64,000 nt of DNA, taken from the NCBI GenBank assembly GCA_963674595.2, contig CAXXFV010000027.1:224001-288000 (forward strand), read 5' to 3'. The position numbers and the translations under genes are program-made. The notes under the pieces were generated by a model. The model did no database searches, was not told where the DNA came from, and saw only the letters and a program-made list of their open reading frames with translations. Within the stretch, counting starts at the first letter, position 1, and each line of letters opens with the position of its first letter. Positions 19,369 through 29,551 of the stretch are shown here, piece by piece. The DNA comes from a bacterium (lineage in GTDB: Bacteria; Zhuqueibacterota; Zhuqueibacteria; Residuimicrobiales; Krinioviventaceae).

Positions 19369-22062
19369 TTAATGAGCATCCAACCAGTTTTCACCATTTC
19401 CGATATCAACTTTAATCGGTACATCTAATTGAATTGCGTTTTCCATTTCGTGGACCACAAGTTTTTCCATTTGTTCTTTTTCAGTCAGGGGTATTTCAAA
19501 AACAAGTTCATCATGGACCTGCATGATCATTTTAGATTCCAGTTTTTCTGATACAATCCTATTTTGAATATTTATCATGGCAATTTTTATCAGATCTGCC
19601 GCACTTCCCTGAATAGGTGTATTGATCGCGGTTCGTTCCGCAAAATCCCGCACTCTTCTGTTATCACTGTTTATTTCAGGAAGATAACGACGCCGGTTCA
19701 AAAGTGTTGTTACAAAACCTTTTGCACGCGCCTGTTTTACAATCTCGTTCATAAAATTCTGAACACCCGGATAATTGGCAAAATAAGCCTGAATAAATTC
19801 GTCCGCTTCAGATGGGGAAATATCCAGCCTTTGTGCCAGTCCATAAGCGCCCATGCCATACATAATTCCAAAATTGACCTCTTTCGCTTTTCTTCGCTGG
19901 TCAGAGGTAATATCCTTTGGATCGACCTCAAAAACCAAAGAGGCTGTTTGTGTATGGATGTCCTGATCTTTTAAAAACGCATCGTTCAGATTTTTATCTT
20001 TTGACAAATGGGCCATGATACGTAATTCTATTTGCGAATAATCCGCATCTAAAAGTATGTGGCCTTTTTTAGCGGGGATAAATGCTTTTCGTATGCGTCT
20101 GCCTATTTCAGTCCGAATGGGAATATTTTGTAAATTCGGATCACTGGAAGAGAGCCGACCTGTAGCAGCAACAGTCTGGTTATATGATGTATGGACTCTG
20201 CCTGTTGCTTTTGAAATAAGCTGCGGCAAGGCATCCACATAAGTGGATTTGAGCTTGGCTAACTGCCGATATTCCAAAATTTGTTTCGGCAATTCATGCT
20301 CTTTAGCCAGTTCTTCCAAAACAGAAACATCCGTAGAATAACCTGTTTTGGTTTTTCGAATTACAGGTAGTTTTAGTTTTTCAAAAAGGATTGTACCGAG
20401 TTGCTTGGGGGAATTAATGTTAAACTTTTGATCGGCAAGAGCATATATTTTTTGTTCCAGTTGTTTTAAACTATGGTCCAGTTCAATAGACATATTCGCC
20501 AAATACATTTCATCCAGGGAAACACCATTTTTCTCCATCTCTACAAGTACATCAACAAGCGGCATTTCAACGTTGTTAAACAAGTCCAATAAATTAAAAG
20601 TCGGCAATTTTTGCATAAACAGATTTTTCAAACGCCAAGTCATATCAGCGTCTTCGCAGGCATAATATGTTATTTTATCAACCGGTACCTGATCCATTGT
20701 AATCTGTTTTTTCCCGGAACCAATCAGTTCGGTTGTCGGGACTTTGGTGATATTAAAATAGGATAGACTCAACGCATCCAGGTTATGCTGTCTGCCTGAA
20801 GGATTGACCAGATAACTGGCTACCATGGTATCACAAGCCAAACCCTTGATTTGAATACCATATTTTATCAATACCAAAATATCATATTTGGCATTATGCG
20901 CACATTTTTTAACATCAGGATCGGCAAAAATATCTCGCAGCGAATTTAAAACCAGTGCTTCATCAAGCGGTTTAATATCATCGACGGTTGTTTGCGGCGT
21001 TAATAAAGGAAGATAATAAGCAACTCCCTCCTGCCAGGAAAATGAAAAACCGACCAGTTTTGCCAGCAAAGGGTCCAGACTTGTTGTTTCAGTATCAAAA
21101 GCAAACTCTGTTTGCTCTTTCAGTTCTTTTATGAATGATTCAAATTGTTCTTTTGTTTGAACCAGGTTATACTTAGCCTCAACGGTCTCTTTTTCAGGAG
21201 CAAAACGATTTGTTAATGTACGAAATTCCATTTCCTGAAAAAATTCAAAAGCATCGGTATAATTCGGTTCCCCTACAACAAGTTCATCAGGTTTTTGCTC
21301 GACAGGCACATTACAATCAATGGTGACCAATTGTTTTGCCAATATTGCCATCTTTTCATTATCCTGTAAACTTGTTCTGGCGCGTTTATTCTTAATATTT
21401 TCAATGTTTGCTAAAACATTGTCAAGATTTTTATATTCAGTCAGCAAGGTTAAAGCGGTTTTGGGCCCGATGCCGGGTACACCCGGTATGTTATCCGAAG
21501 AATCGCCCATTAATGCCAGATAATCGATAATTTGTTCAGGCGCCAGGCCGATCTTTTTGATAACATTTTCCCTATCCAACCACTCGGGCTCTTCACCCGA
21601 CCTTTTTGGATTGTACATAATAACAGACTCATTGACAAGCTGCATAAAATCTTTATCACCGGTTACCAGAATGCTTTGAATATCCAAATCTTTGGCCTTA
21701 TGAGCAAAAGTACCGATTATATCATCAGCTTCATAACCGGGTTTACTAACAGTGGGTATATTTAATATTTTAAGCATTTGATGGATTCTGGGCAGCTGAT
21801 CAATCATGTCCTGCGGCATGTCCGCCCTTTGGGCTTTGTATTCAGGATATAATTCATGGCGAAATGTCGGTTCACGTGTATCAAATACTACAGCCAAATA
21901 GTCCGGAGATTCCGTATCCAGAATTTTTAACAAAATATTGGTAAAACCAAAAACAGCACTAACATTTTCACCTTTTGAATTAGTCAGCGGATTTCGGGCA
22001 AAAGCAAAATAGGTTCGATAGGCCAACGCCATACCATCAATTAAAAATAAACGTTTCGGCAT
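19369..22062 (-). CDS. polA: DNA polymerase I
   Basis: LFLIDG, EADD, GDSSDNIPGVPGIGPKTA, exonuclease FDTETT, TGRLSSSDPNLQNIP, DYSQIELR, QVHDEL. Start placed at ATG 22062 (MPKRLF). Confidence 0.98.
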   Translation of the reverse strand: MPKRLFLIDGMALAYRTYFAFARNPLTNSKGENVSAVFGFTNILLKILDTESPDYLAVVFDTREPTFRHELYPEYKAQRADMPQDMIDQLPRIHQMLKILNIPTVSKPGYEADDIIGTFAHKAKDLDIQSILVTGDKDFMQLVNESVIMYNPKRSGEEPEWLDRENVIKKIGLAPEQIIDYLALMGDSSDNIPGVPGIGPKTALTLLTEYKNLDNVLANIENIKNKRARTSLQDNEKMAILAKQLVTIDCNVPVEQKPDELVVGEPNYTDAFEFFQEMEFRTLTNRFAPEKETVEAKYNLVQTKEQFESFIKELKEQTEFAFDTETTSLDPLLAKLVGFSFSWQEGVAYYLPLLTPQTTVDDIKPLDEALVLNSLRDIFADPDVKKCAHNAKYDILVLIKYGIQIKGLACDTMVASYLVNPSGRQHNLDALSLSYFNITKVPTTELIGSGKKQITMDQVPVDKITYYACEDADMTWRLKNLFMQKLPTFNLLDLFNNVEMPLVDVLVEMEKNGVSLDEMYLANMSIELDHSLKQLEQKIYALADQKFNINSPKQLGTILFEKLKLPVIRKTKTGYSTDVSVLEELAKEHELPKQILEYRQLAKLKSTYVDALPQLISKATGRVHTSYNQTVAATGRLSSSDPNLQNIPIRTEIGRRIRKAFIPAKKGHILLDADYSQIELRIMAHLSKDKNLNDAFLKDQDIHTQTASLVFEVDPKDITSDQRRKAKEVNFGIMYGMGAYGLAQRLDISPSEADEFIQAYFANYPGVQNFMNEIVKQARAKGFVTTLLNRRRYLPEINSDNRRVRDFAERTAINTPIQGSAADLIKIAMINIQNRIVSEKLESKMIMQVHDELVFEIPLTEKEQMEKLVVHEMENAIQLDVPIKVDIGNGENWLDAH

Positions 22063-22225
22063 AATTTCTGCAATCCATTTTTTCAAATATTCAGAGTATT
22101 CGAGTTTAATGTAAGTAAAAATAATAACCATTGCAATTTAAAATTGCCTTTGTAAACGTTTGTTAAAATCAAGAGTCTAAATAACAATGCAAAACCTGAA
22201 AAATGTTAAAATTTGGAATTAGGTC

Positions 22226-22254
22226 TTGTCTAAAGATTATTTTTTCTTTATATT
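22226..22254 (+). promoter_or_regulatory. Candidate sigma70 promoter for tRNA-Sec
   Basis: TTGTCT, 17 nt, TATATT, ending 8 nt before the tRNA 5' end. Confidence 0.5.
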
Positions 22255-22262
22255 ATAGATTC

Positions 22263-22355
22263 GGGAATGGATGGCTACCTGGTGGGGCCCGCGGTCTTCA
22301 AAACCGTTGCGAGGCGCGACCCGTCTCTGGTGGGTTCGATTCCCACACGTTCCCG
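22263..22355 (+). tRNA. selC: tRNA-Sec (anticodon UCA)
   Basis: Acceptor GGGAATG/CGTTCCC plus G discriminator; long D stem GGCTAC/GGGGCC; anticodon arm GCGGT-CTTCAAA-ACCGT; long variable arm GAGGCG/CGTCTC; T arm GTGGG-TTCGATT-CCCAC; CCA not encoded. Confidence 0.95.
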
Positions 22356-22451
22356 CTTATCAAAGTGGTTTTAATTACCAACCAACATCTCTTAATAGAG
22401 GGATATTATACAGAAAAAAACGGATAATACCCTTTTATTACATGATTTTCC

Positions 22452-22480
22452 TTGATTAGGACAATGGAAAATTGTATAGT
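22452..22480 (+). promoter_or_regulatory. Candidate sigma70 promoter for the 95 aa ORF
   Basis: TTGATT, 17 nt, TATAGT. Confidence 0.45.
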
Positions 22481-22546
22481 AAAATTATAACAAAGCTTAA
22501 AATTTTAGATTAAAAGGATCGTCTCACAAAAATTGGTTACAAAATT

Positions 22547-22834
22547 ATGAAATTTAATCAGTTCACTAACTATGAACTCTTGTCATTGTATAAAGGCGAC
22601 AGGAGAAGAATTGAGAAACTTCGCAATAAACCTAAATTGTTCCGAAGGGAATTAATTCGGAATATTTTGAAGGAGTATCAATCTGTTGAAGGTGCTTACG
22701 AAAAGCTTAAAGAAATGAATGTTGTCGAATTTGAATTTACCAGCCCCAAGAAAAAACAACCCCCAAAAGAAGCAGAAAATCCGGCACTAAGAGAGCTCAG
22801 ACTTCGGTTTGGAGATACGACAGAATCTGAATAG
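22547..22834 (+). CDS. Small hypothetical charged protein
   Basis: 95 aa stand-alone ORF in intergenic space, with its own promoter candidate. Confidence 0.7.
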   Translation: MKFNQFTNYELLSLYKGDRRRIEKLRNKPKLFRRELIRNILKEYQSVEGAYEKLKEMNVVEFEFTSPKKKQPPKEAENPALRELRLRFGDTTESE

Positions 22835-22930
22835 ATTATTTCTTTTGCTGAAATAATTATATAGAGATTGTATTTTTTTAATTTATATATAATCTGGCCT
22901 GTATATAATCCAGTCTTAGATATATTTGGG

Positions 22931-22963
22931 ATAAAAAATAAACGCCCATAATCGGGCGTTTAT
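22931..22963 (-). terminator. Rho-independent terminator after the GH38 gene
   Basis: Minus strand ATAAACGCCC-gattat-GGGCGTTTAT followed by a T run, about 10 nt after the stop. Confidence 0.8.
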
Positions 22964-22972
22964 AAGTACTTT

Positions 22973-25768
22973 CTATTCAAGTATAAATTCAATAGTAAGG
23001 ATTTTCTTTTTATCGGCAACAAAATATATCTTTTCACCTTCGACTTTGGCCGGTTCTCCCCGTTCTTCATTTAGATTTGTCATCCAGGCTTTTTTTACGC
23101 TTCTGTAAAGTTTGATAAATCCGGTTTCTTTTTTACAACCAGGATTATACATTCTAACAACATAAGAACCTGATCTGTCTTCTGCGCGTTTAAAACATGT
23201 TATTTGCATCGTTGTGTTGGATATTTCCAAAAAGCTGAGTTCTTTAGGCAATGTTCCTTTATGTGGTCCGGCCTGGGCAATTTCAAGCGGTAAATTCATA
23301 TCTTCGGCCTGTGTAAAAACATTGTTTTCCCAATTACCGCTGTGAGGATACAAGGCATAGGTCCATTCGAACTTGCCGATACATTGAGCACTTTCCATTT
23401 CCGGATATACCTCCCAACGGCCGAATATAGGTGCATGACGGAAGGTAAAACCTCGCATGAGCGTTATTGCCAATGGACGTTCTTTTGTGTCCATGGCCTC
23501 ATACTCTCTTAATCCTGAATTATTAATGACAGCCAACCCGTTCTTTCCGTCTGTCATATCAACAAATCTCTGCATGGGGTACTGCGGATTCGGTTTGCCA
23601 TAGTAAGCGCTATTTTCCTTTACATGAATATCCCTCGCAATCACATCAAAAGCTGCTTCGGAAAAAGTTTGATCACAGTCCAGATAAGTCGGAAAAACAA
23701 CCCGCAGCCGATGATTTTTGCATTTGTTTTCAAAAGATGTTTTAATATCAAGCCGTTTTTGATTGTCTCTTAATGTAAAACGACTGGATACTATCATTTC
23801 CCTGGTTTCCGATGAGCGTGCCGTATGACAATCAGCTTCACTTCGGAACTGTTCGGTTAATTCATTTGACAGCCCAACCGGAATTTGCATATAATAGTCC
23901 ACACGAATTGTTGCTGAAAGAGGGCCGTTTTCTTCCAATTCAATATTGCAAGGGAAATCATGCGAGGTAATCGTGTGATTTTGGTCCGGTTCCAGGTGAA
24001 TCCAGGAATGTCCGGTTTCACCGGTATCTTCCAGATAATGAAATCCATAAAAAGTGTGATTCGTTTCCTTGTTGGTCAAATCAAGCGTACCATTGGGATT
24101 GAATTTGACTTGCAGGAATTGGTTTTCAAGCGTATATTTTTCATGACTGATCAAACCGGGCTCAGAAGCGAATTGTGGTTTACGAACGAGGTGATAGGTT
24201 TTATAACCAAATGCAGGAACATCCTCAACATGTAAAGCACAGTGAATCCTCTTTACACCAAGTTCGGTGGAAATGTCCTGTAAATTTCGCACAAGGACAC
24301 CAAAATCAAACTGCCTGTTCACCTGCAATTTTGCATTACTTTTACCATCAGGGGTTTGGACACAAAAGGCCTCATAATCCGTATTCTCAGGCATATCTAA
24401 AAAACAGGAAACAACGCCGCTTCGTGTAAAGGGACAGGAATTAAAGACCGTTAATACTACATCCTGTGGACCAAGATCAGAATTATCGATATTTATTTGA
24501 ACCTGCTGCATACCAATCCGTGCCAGATTTTCACTAATTAATTGTGCCTGCTCAAAACGATAAACCGAATCCTTTTCCATTTGGTCGGTTCCCCCACCGG
24601 TAATGGTATCGTGCGGATGATTTTGTAATAAAAACTTCCAGGCCCGGTCCAAAGCGGGTTTTAGATATTCGCCGCCCAGCATATTACGAATAACACTCCA
24701 GGGTTCAGCAAGGCGCTGCAAATATAATTCAGTCAGGTGATTTGCTTTTTTAAGCACAGGTCGCGCGCTTATAATATCGCCGTATAAATAAGTCCATTTT
24801 CCTGTTGCTCCCGGGTCGCGAAATTCACCGGTTAACACAACCGGGTCCCTGACTAGTTTTCGCATGGCATCCATATACTCCTGAAGAGTAGAGAATTTAA
24901 TATCATGCTCCGGTAAAAGTTTTTGACACAGCTTCATAATGTCGGATTCGCGTGGATCGGGATCGGAAGAATCAAAGCCCTGCATACATACAATCTGATT
25001 TGTAGAAAAATGCTCGGATTCATCTTTAACAAGTTTAAGTAATTGGTCCCGAATGGGTTTATCATTCCATTGTTTTTGTTCTTTGTCAAGAATATAATAA
25101 TGTGAACGCGGATGCCGGTCTGAAGTCAGCCGAAAAGGTGCGGCTCCACGGTCCCAGTTATACCTTTTAAAAACATCGTCACTGCCATACCTGAGAACAC
25201 GATATACATAAACATAATAACTGAACCGGCTCATAACACCAAAACGTGAACCCAACAGTCTGGAACCATCCGGGCCTTCAAGTATATACTCACTTTTAGG
25301 CGTGTTGATTCCCCGATAAAAGATAATGGTGTCTATTCCAAAACCGTTATAAATTTGCGGCATTTGCGATGTTTGCCCGTAGCTGAACGGTGTATAGCCG
25401 TTTTTTGACACCTTACCCAGCTCCTCAGCAAACCTGTGCCCGATGACAATATTTCTGACAATTGATTCCCCGTTACAAATATACTCTTCCGGTAAAGAGT
25501 ACCAGGGACCGATTATTAAACGTCCTGATTTGACATGTTTGGCAATGCGGTCCCGCATTTCAGGACGAAGCTCCAAATAATCATCCAAGCAAATAGTTTG
25601 TGCATCCATCGTAAAAGAATGAAAATCCGGATCAGCGTCCAACAGGTCTAAAAGGTTATCCATAAATTCAAGCAACAGCAAGCGTGTCTCTTCAAATGGA
25701 TAGGCCCATTCCCTGTCCCAATGTGAATTACAAACAACATGAATCGTTTTACGATCTTGTAGCCTCAT
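22973..25768 (-). CDS. GH38 alpha-mannosidase-like (MngB-type) protein, atypical active site
   Basis: HVVCNSHWDREW, GRLIIGPWY, GESIVRN, QMPQI, QNHPHDTITG; the usual PDxFG reads PFSYG; no signal peptide. Confidence 0.88.
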   Translation of the reverse strand: MRLQDRKTIHVVCNSHWDREWAYPFEETRLLLLEFMDNLLDLLDADPDFHSFTMDAQTICLDDYLELRPEMRDRIAKHVKSGRLIIGPWYSLPEEYICNGESIVRNIVIGHRFAEELGKVSKNGYTPFSYGQTSQMPQIYNGFGIDTIIFYRGINTPKSEYILEGPDGSRLLGSRFGVMSRFSYYVYVYRVLRYGSDDVFKRYNWDRGAAPFRLTSDRHPRSHYYILDKEQKQWNDKPIRDQLLKLVKDESEHFSTNQIVCMQGFDSSDPDPRESDIMKLCQKLLPEHDIKFSTLQEYMDAMRKLVRDPVVLTGEFRDPGATGKWTYLYGDIISARPVLKKANHLTELYLQRLAEPWSVIRNMLGGEYLKPALDRAWKFLLQNHPHDTITGGGTDQMEKDSVYRFEQAQLISENLARIGMQQVQINIDNSDLGPQDVVLTVFNSCPFTRSGVVSCFLDMPENTDYEAFCVQTPDGKSNAKLQVNRQFDFGVLVRNLQDISTELGVKRIHCALHVEDVPAFGYKTYHLVRKPQFASEPGLISHEKYTLENQFLQVKFNPNGTLDLTNKETNHTFYGFHYLEDTGETGHSWIHLEPDQNHTITSHDFPCNIELEENGPLSATIRVDYYMQIPVGLSNELTEQFRSEADCHTARSSETREMIVSSRFTLRDNQKRLDIKTSFENKCKNHRLRVVFPTYLDCDQTFSEAAFDVIARDIHVKENSAYYGKPNPQYPMQRFVDMTDGKNGLAVINNSGLREYEAMDTKERPLAITLMRGFTFRHAPIFGRWEVYPEMESAQCIGKFEWTYALYPHSGNWENNVFTQAEDMNLPLEIAQAGPHKGTLPKELSFLEISNTTMQITCFKRAEDRSGSYVVRMYNPGCKKETGFIKLYRSVKKAWMTNLNEERGEPAKVEGEKIYFVADKKKILTIEFILE

Positions 25769-26057
25769 TTAATGATCTCCTGTCAAAAAATCTCCTGCAT
25801 TTGATACTTGACACCTTGATTCAAGCAAACAAAAAAACTGGTAGGGTAAGATTCGGTGGGATGACATTTCAAAATAAACAATGTAAGATACAAGTTCAAG
25901 AAAAATATAAACAAAAAACAATTTAAATATTACTTGTCTTTTAAATAATAAACTTTTACATTTAATCTCCATAACTTGAACAAAAATTTTTCCTACTGAA
26001 AATCCTCAAACGCAATTCCTCAAAAATTACCAAAATAATTTTTTTACGGAGTTTTTA

Positions 26058-28454
26058 ATGAAAAAAAATTTTCTATTCGTATTGGTATTTTTGTTAACAG
26101 GGATCGTATTTGGCGATTCATCAATACCACAAGGTTTTGTCTTTATAAAAGGCGGAATATTTAAAAGTGGTGATATTGTAACGGCCAAATCAAGACCCAC
26201 GGTAAGGGTTGAAGATTTTGAAATCCTTGATCATCCTGTTACGAATGCCGAGTATTATAAGTTCATAGAAGCAACAAATCACCCGGCCCCTTTGCATTGG
26301 GAGAACGGGCAAATTCCCCCGGGAAAAGAAGATTATCCTGTTATTTTTGTTAACCGTTATGATGTTCAAAAATATATGGCATGGTTAACCGAAAAAGACG
26401 GTCGTGTTTATCGCCTTCCAATGACAATGGAATTTGAATATGCAGCACGAGGCGGTCTTTTAGATAAAAAATACCCCTGGGGTGATAAACTTTTATCAGA
26501 TGTAAATTATGATAAAAACAATAACAGGCAATATGACAAGTGGCAAAATTATTTAAAACCTGCAAAATATGGAAAACCAAACGGTTATAAACTATATGGA
26601 ATGGCAGGAAATGTTTGGCATTTAACGATTAACAATCTCGATCCTGTTACAACTCCTTACAAATATCGAATGACAAACATACCGACCCTCGAAGGCAGCC
26701 GAATGGGCGGTTCATGGGCACGAAGCGCCGAGTATTTACGATGCGGGTATCCCTTAGAATCATCATCCGGCATTCGCCACCCTGACCTTGGATTTCGCCC
26801 GATACGTGCACCAAAAGATCAGGACTGGCGAATTCAAGCACGCAGACTTGTTGCTGTCTCTATCGGTAACGGAGAGGTCTTTTTAAGCTGGTCTCAATTA
26901 AAATCGGATAAAAATATCAAAGGTTACAATATTTATAGATCTACAGACCGAAATCATTGGGGTTTTAAAATAAATGATAAACCTGTAACAGATAACACAG
27001 TATTTATCGATAAAGACCTTAATGTCGGTACCAGATACCATTACTATCTAAAACCGGTCGATAAAAACGGTAAAGAAGGACGTCGGTCAGAATGGTTTGG
27101 AGTTAATGTAACTGCAGAAGACCAAAAAGAACTGGTCTCTTTTTCACCGGTATATACTCAGGGTTCTTTTGCACCAATTTTCGGAGACCTGACAGGTGAC
27201 GGTGTAGCGGATTGTGTTATTCGTATGGACAACGGAGTAATAGAAGAATCACAGGACCCCGGTGTACCCGTTCAAATGGAAGCTTTTACCTCAGCAGGCC
27301 GATCTTTGTGGCGAAAAGACATTTGTTATCATGATCATTGTTTCGGTTCAGCCAACAATGTTCCGTTTAATGTGTGGGACATGGATGGAGATGGAAAAGC
27401 AGAAGTTATAACCCGCCTGCAAATCGATGATGATGTTTATGTAGCTATATTGGACGGCATGACAGGTAATGTGTTGAAGAAAGCACTCTGGCCGAAAATG
27501 GCAACAGACTATCAACGCTCGTCAACTCGTATACATTTATCAATTGGTTATCTTGACGGGAAAAACCCGGCCGTTATAACCCAAACAGGGCTATATGAAA
27601 ATGAAGTTTTTGTCGCTTTTGATAATAATTTAAACAAACTTTGGCAGTATGACAGCTTTGCAGAGACAAACGGAAGCGGCGCCCATAAGATTGAGGTTGT
27701 TGATGTTGATGGTGACGGCAAACAGGAAGTTTTTGATGGAACTACATGCCTGAACAGTGACGGTTCTATGCGCTGGTCGATCTATAGACAACATCCGGAT
27801 CAGGTATCCATTCATGATTGTATTCCGGAACGAGAAGGTCTGGAAGTTTATTACGTCGTAGAATCAAATACCCATGCAGGTGTTTATATGGCAGACGCCA
27901 ATACAGGTGAAATTATCTGGAAAATAAACCGGGAGGATGATCCTCGCTGGAAACATGCCCATCACGGTTGGACGGCTGATATCTGGGACGGTGAAAAAGG
28001 CATGGAATGTGTCACCGACAGGTATGTCTATGAAGATAAATATCTTGTTATGTACTCTGCAACCGGCAAACATCTTGTTGAAGAGTTTCCCCGCAGTTAT
28101 CACATAATTGAATGGGACGGGGACAATACCCGTGAATTATTAAGCCAGAACGGCGTAAAAATCGGTAACTTTGATGGTGAAAAAGTGGTGAATGTTGATG
28201 GCGAACAACCCAATCCCTATACACACTCTTCATTATTAATGACGGCTGATTTATATGGCGATTTTCGTGATGAATTGGTTATTCAAAGGCCGAACGGAAA
28301 GGGTAAAAATGTTATAAGTGTTATCACAGCAACATCACCCATTTCCTGCAAATTTCTTTCTCCCCAGGAAGAACTCGATTATCGTCTATGGATAGCCCGC
28401 AACAGAGGCGGAGGCTATCCATCGATTTTTGATCAACCATTAAGAAAGCCCTGA
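26058..28454 (+). CDS. Secreted FGE-sulfatase (SUMF1)-like domain fused to a rhamnogalacturonan lyase PL11-like module
   Basis: Signal peptide; PVTNAEY, YRLPMTMEFEYAARGG, YPWG, GMAGNVW, GGSW, GFR; then RRLVAV...VFLSW...YNIYR and Ca-binding repeats GDLTGDG, WDMDGDGKAE, VDVDGDGKQE, ADLYGDFRDE. Confidence 0.8.
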   Translation: MKKNFLFVLVFLLTGIVFGDSSIPQGFVFIKGGIFKSGDIVTAKSRPTVRVEDFEILDHPVTNAEYYKFIEATNHPAPLHWENGQIPPGKEDYPVIFVNRYDVQKYMAWLTEKDGRVYRLPMTMEFEYAARGGLLDKKYPWGDKLLSDVNYDKNNNRQYDKWQNYLKPAKYGKPNGYKLYGMAGNVWHLTINNLDPVTTPYKYRMTNIPTLEGSRMGGSWARSAEYLRCGYPLESSSGIRHPDLGFRPIRAPKDQDWRIQARRLVAVSIGNGEVFLSWSQLKSDKNIKGYNIYRSTDRNHWGFKINDKPVTDNTVFIDKDLNVGTRYHYYLKPVDKNGKEGRRSEWFGVNVTAEDQKELVSFSPVYTQGSFAPIFGDLTGDGVADCVIRMDNGVIEESQDPGVPVQMEAFTSAGRSLWRKDICYHDHCFGSANNVPFNVWDMDGDGKAEVITRLQIDDDVYVAILDGMTGNVLKKALWPKMATDYQRSSTRIHLSIGYLDGKNPAVITQTGLYENEVFVAFDNNLNKLWQYDSFAETNGSGAHKIEVVDVDGDGKQEVFDGTTCLNSDGSMRWSIYRQHPDQVSIHDCIPEREGLEVYYVVESNTHAGVYMADANTGEIIWKINREDDPRWKHAHHGWTADIWDGEKGMECVTDRYVYEDKYLVMYSATGKHLVEEFPRSYHIIEWDGDNTRELLSQNGVKIGNFDGEKVVNVDGEQPNPYTHSSLLMTADLYGDFRDELVIQRPNGKGKNVISVITATSPISCKFLSPQEELDYRLWIARNRGGGYPSIFDQPLRKP

Positions 28455-29393
28455 TTATAGAATACTCATCAGGCTTTCCCCTTTAAGAGTGGCCAACCCG
28501 ATTTGGGATTTACCGCCTTTCAGGTAAGTACCGTAAACCTCAAATCGGGCCGTGCCGCCGCCATAACCTTCATACCATAAATAATAAGTATCGTTTATTT
28601 TTTCAACCGTAGGGAACCAGATCGCACCTTCATCCCAGGCACCTTCTTCGCCACGTGAAAAAATTGGATTTTTAGCATATTTTTCCCAGTGCAAAAGGTC
28701 TTTGCTGACGGCAATCCCAACATCATAGGGATAATCATCATTAATATTTGACCCACAAAAGAACATAAAATAATGGTCCTGCTCTTTATAAATTCTGGGG
28801 GTTTCAACAGTATGAGAATCCCAGGCTTTATCATCGCCTACGGGTAAAACAGGCAGAGTGCTTTCGGTAAAATTGAATCCATCGGAAGACAGGGCCAAAT
28901 ACAATTCAAAGCCAACACCTTTGCGCCCGGTTTTCCAGTAATATAGATAAAATATCCCATTGTGATATACAATTTCAGGTCCGCCGCCAATAACAACAGG
29001 ATTTTTTTCATATTTCTGGAAATTGATTCCGTCTGTTGAGGTTGCCATACAGATTGAACGGTCACAAGACGGGGAAACGGCTGAATAGTACAAATAAACA
29101 ACGCCGTCTACCAAAACGGTTGCCGGATCGAGAACATGACTTTCATCCCAACTGCCTTCTGGTCCCACATCTATGAGTGGTTTATCCAAAATTTCCCAGT
29201 TAATTCCATCAAAATCATCAACATTACAAGTTCCCAGGCCTATTCTGTCATGTCCCCCCTGCTGGCCTCTAAAATACATAAAATATTTATCATCAATTTT
29301 TAACAAATCAGGATTTGCTGTTTGTACTTCGTACCAGGTTCCTTTTTTCGGGGGAATAATGGGGTTTTGTGGAGAATGCTTCCAATTTAACAT
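28455..29393 (-). CDS. Five-bladed beta-propeller glycosidase (GH43/GH130-like clan)
   Basis: Repeated blades NPII..ANPD, DPAT..YLYY, STDGINF.KY.KNPV, ETPRI, SKDLLHWEKYAKNPI; no signal peptide. Confidence 0.75.
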   Translation of the reverse strand: MLNWKHSPQNPIIPPKKGTWYEVQTANPDLLKIDDKYFMYFRGQQGGHDRIGLGTCNVDDFDGINWEILDKPLIDVGPEGSWDESHVLDPATVLVDGVVYLYYSAVSPSCDRSICMATSTDGINFQKYEKNPVVIGGGPEIVYHNGIFYLYYWKTGRKGVGFELYLALSSDGFNFTESTLPVLPVGDDKAWDSHTVETPRIYKEQDHYFMFFCGSNINDDYPYDVGIAVSKDLLHWEKYAKNPIFSRGEEGAWDEGAIWFPTVEKINDTYYLWYEGYGGGTARFEVYGTYLKGGKSQIGLATLKGESLMSIL

Positions 29394-29551
29394 TTTTTAA
29401 CTCCTTCGTTTCAAAAAATATCATAATATAAACAGCAAAAAAGTTAGAGTTTATAAGTTAGCAGATTATTAAAAAAAGTACAATAAAAAAATTTTAGCTT
29501 TTTATAATAGATTAAATTTTATAAATTAATTGGTTATTTTTGTAATTTTTT

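Noticed and set aside
22203-22459. ORFs 22203..22427 and 22271..22459
   Set aside because: They overlap the tRNA-Sec gene and show no protein motifs.
25684-25972. ORFs 25684..25926 and 25769..25972, or a riboswitch, in the divergent intergenic region
   Set aside because: Low-complexity AT-rich translations and no recognisable aptamer; the short palindrome TGTAAGATACA is too weak to call.
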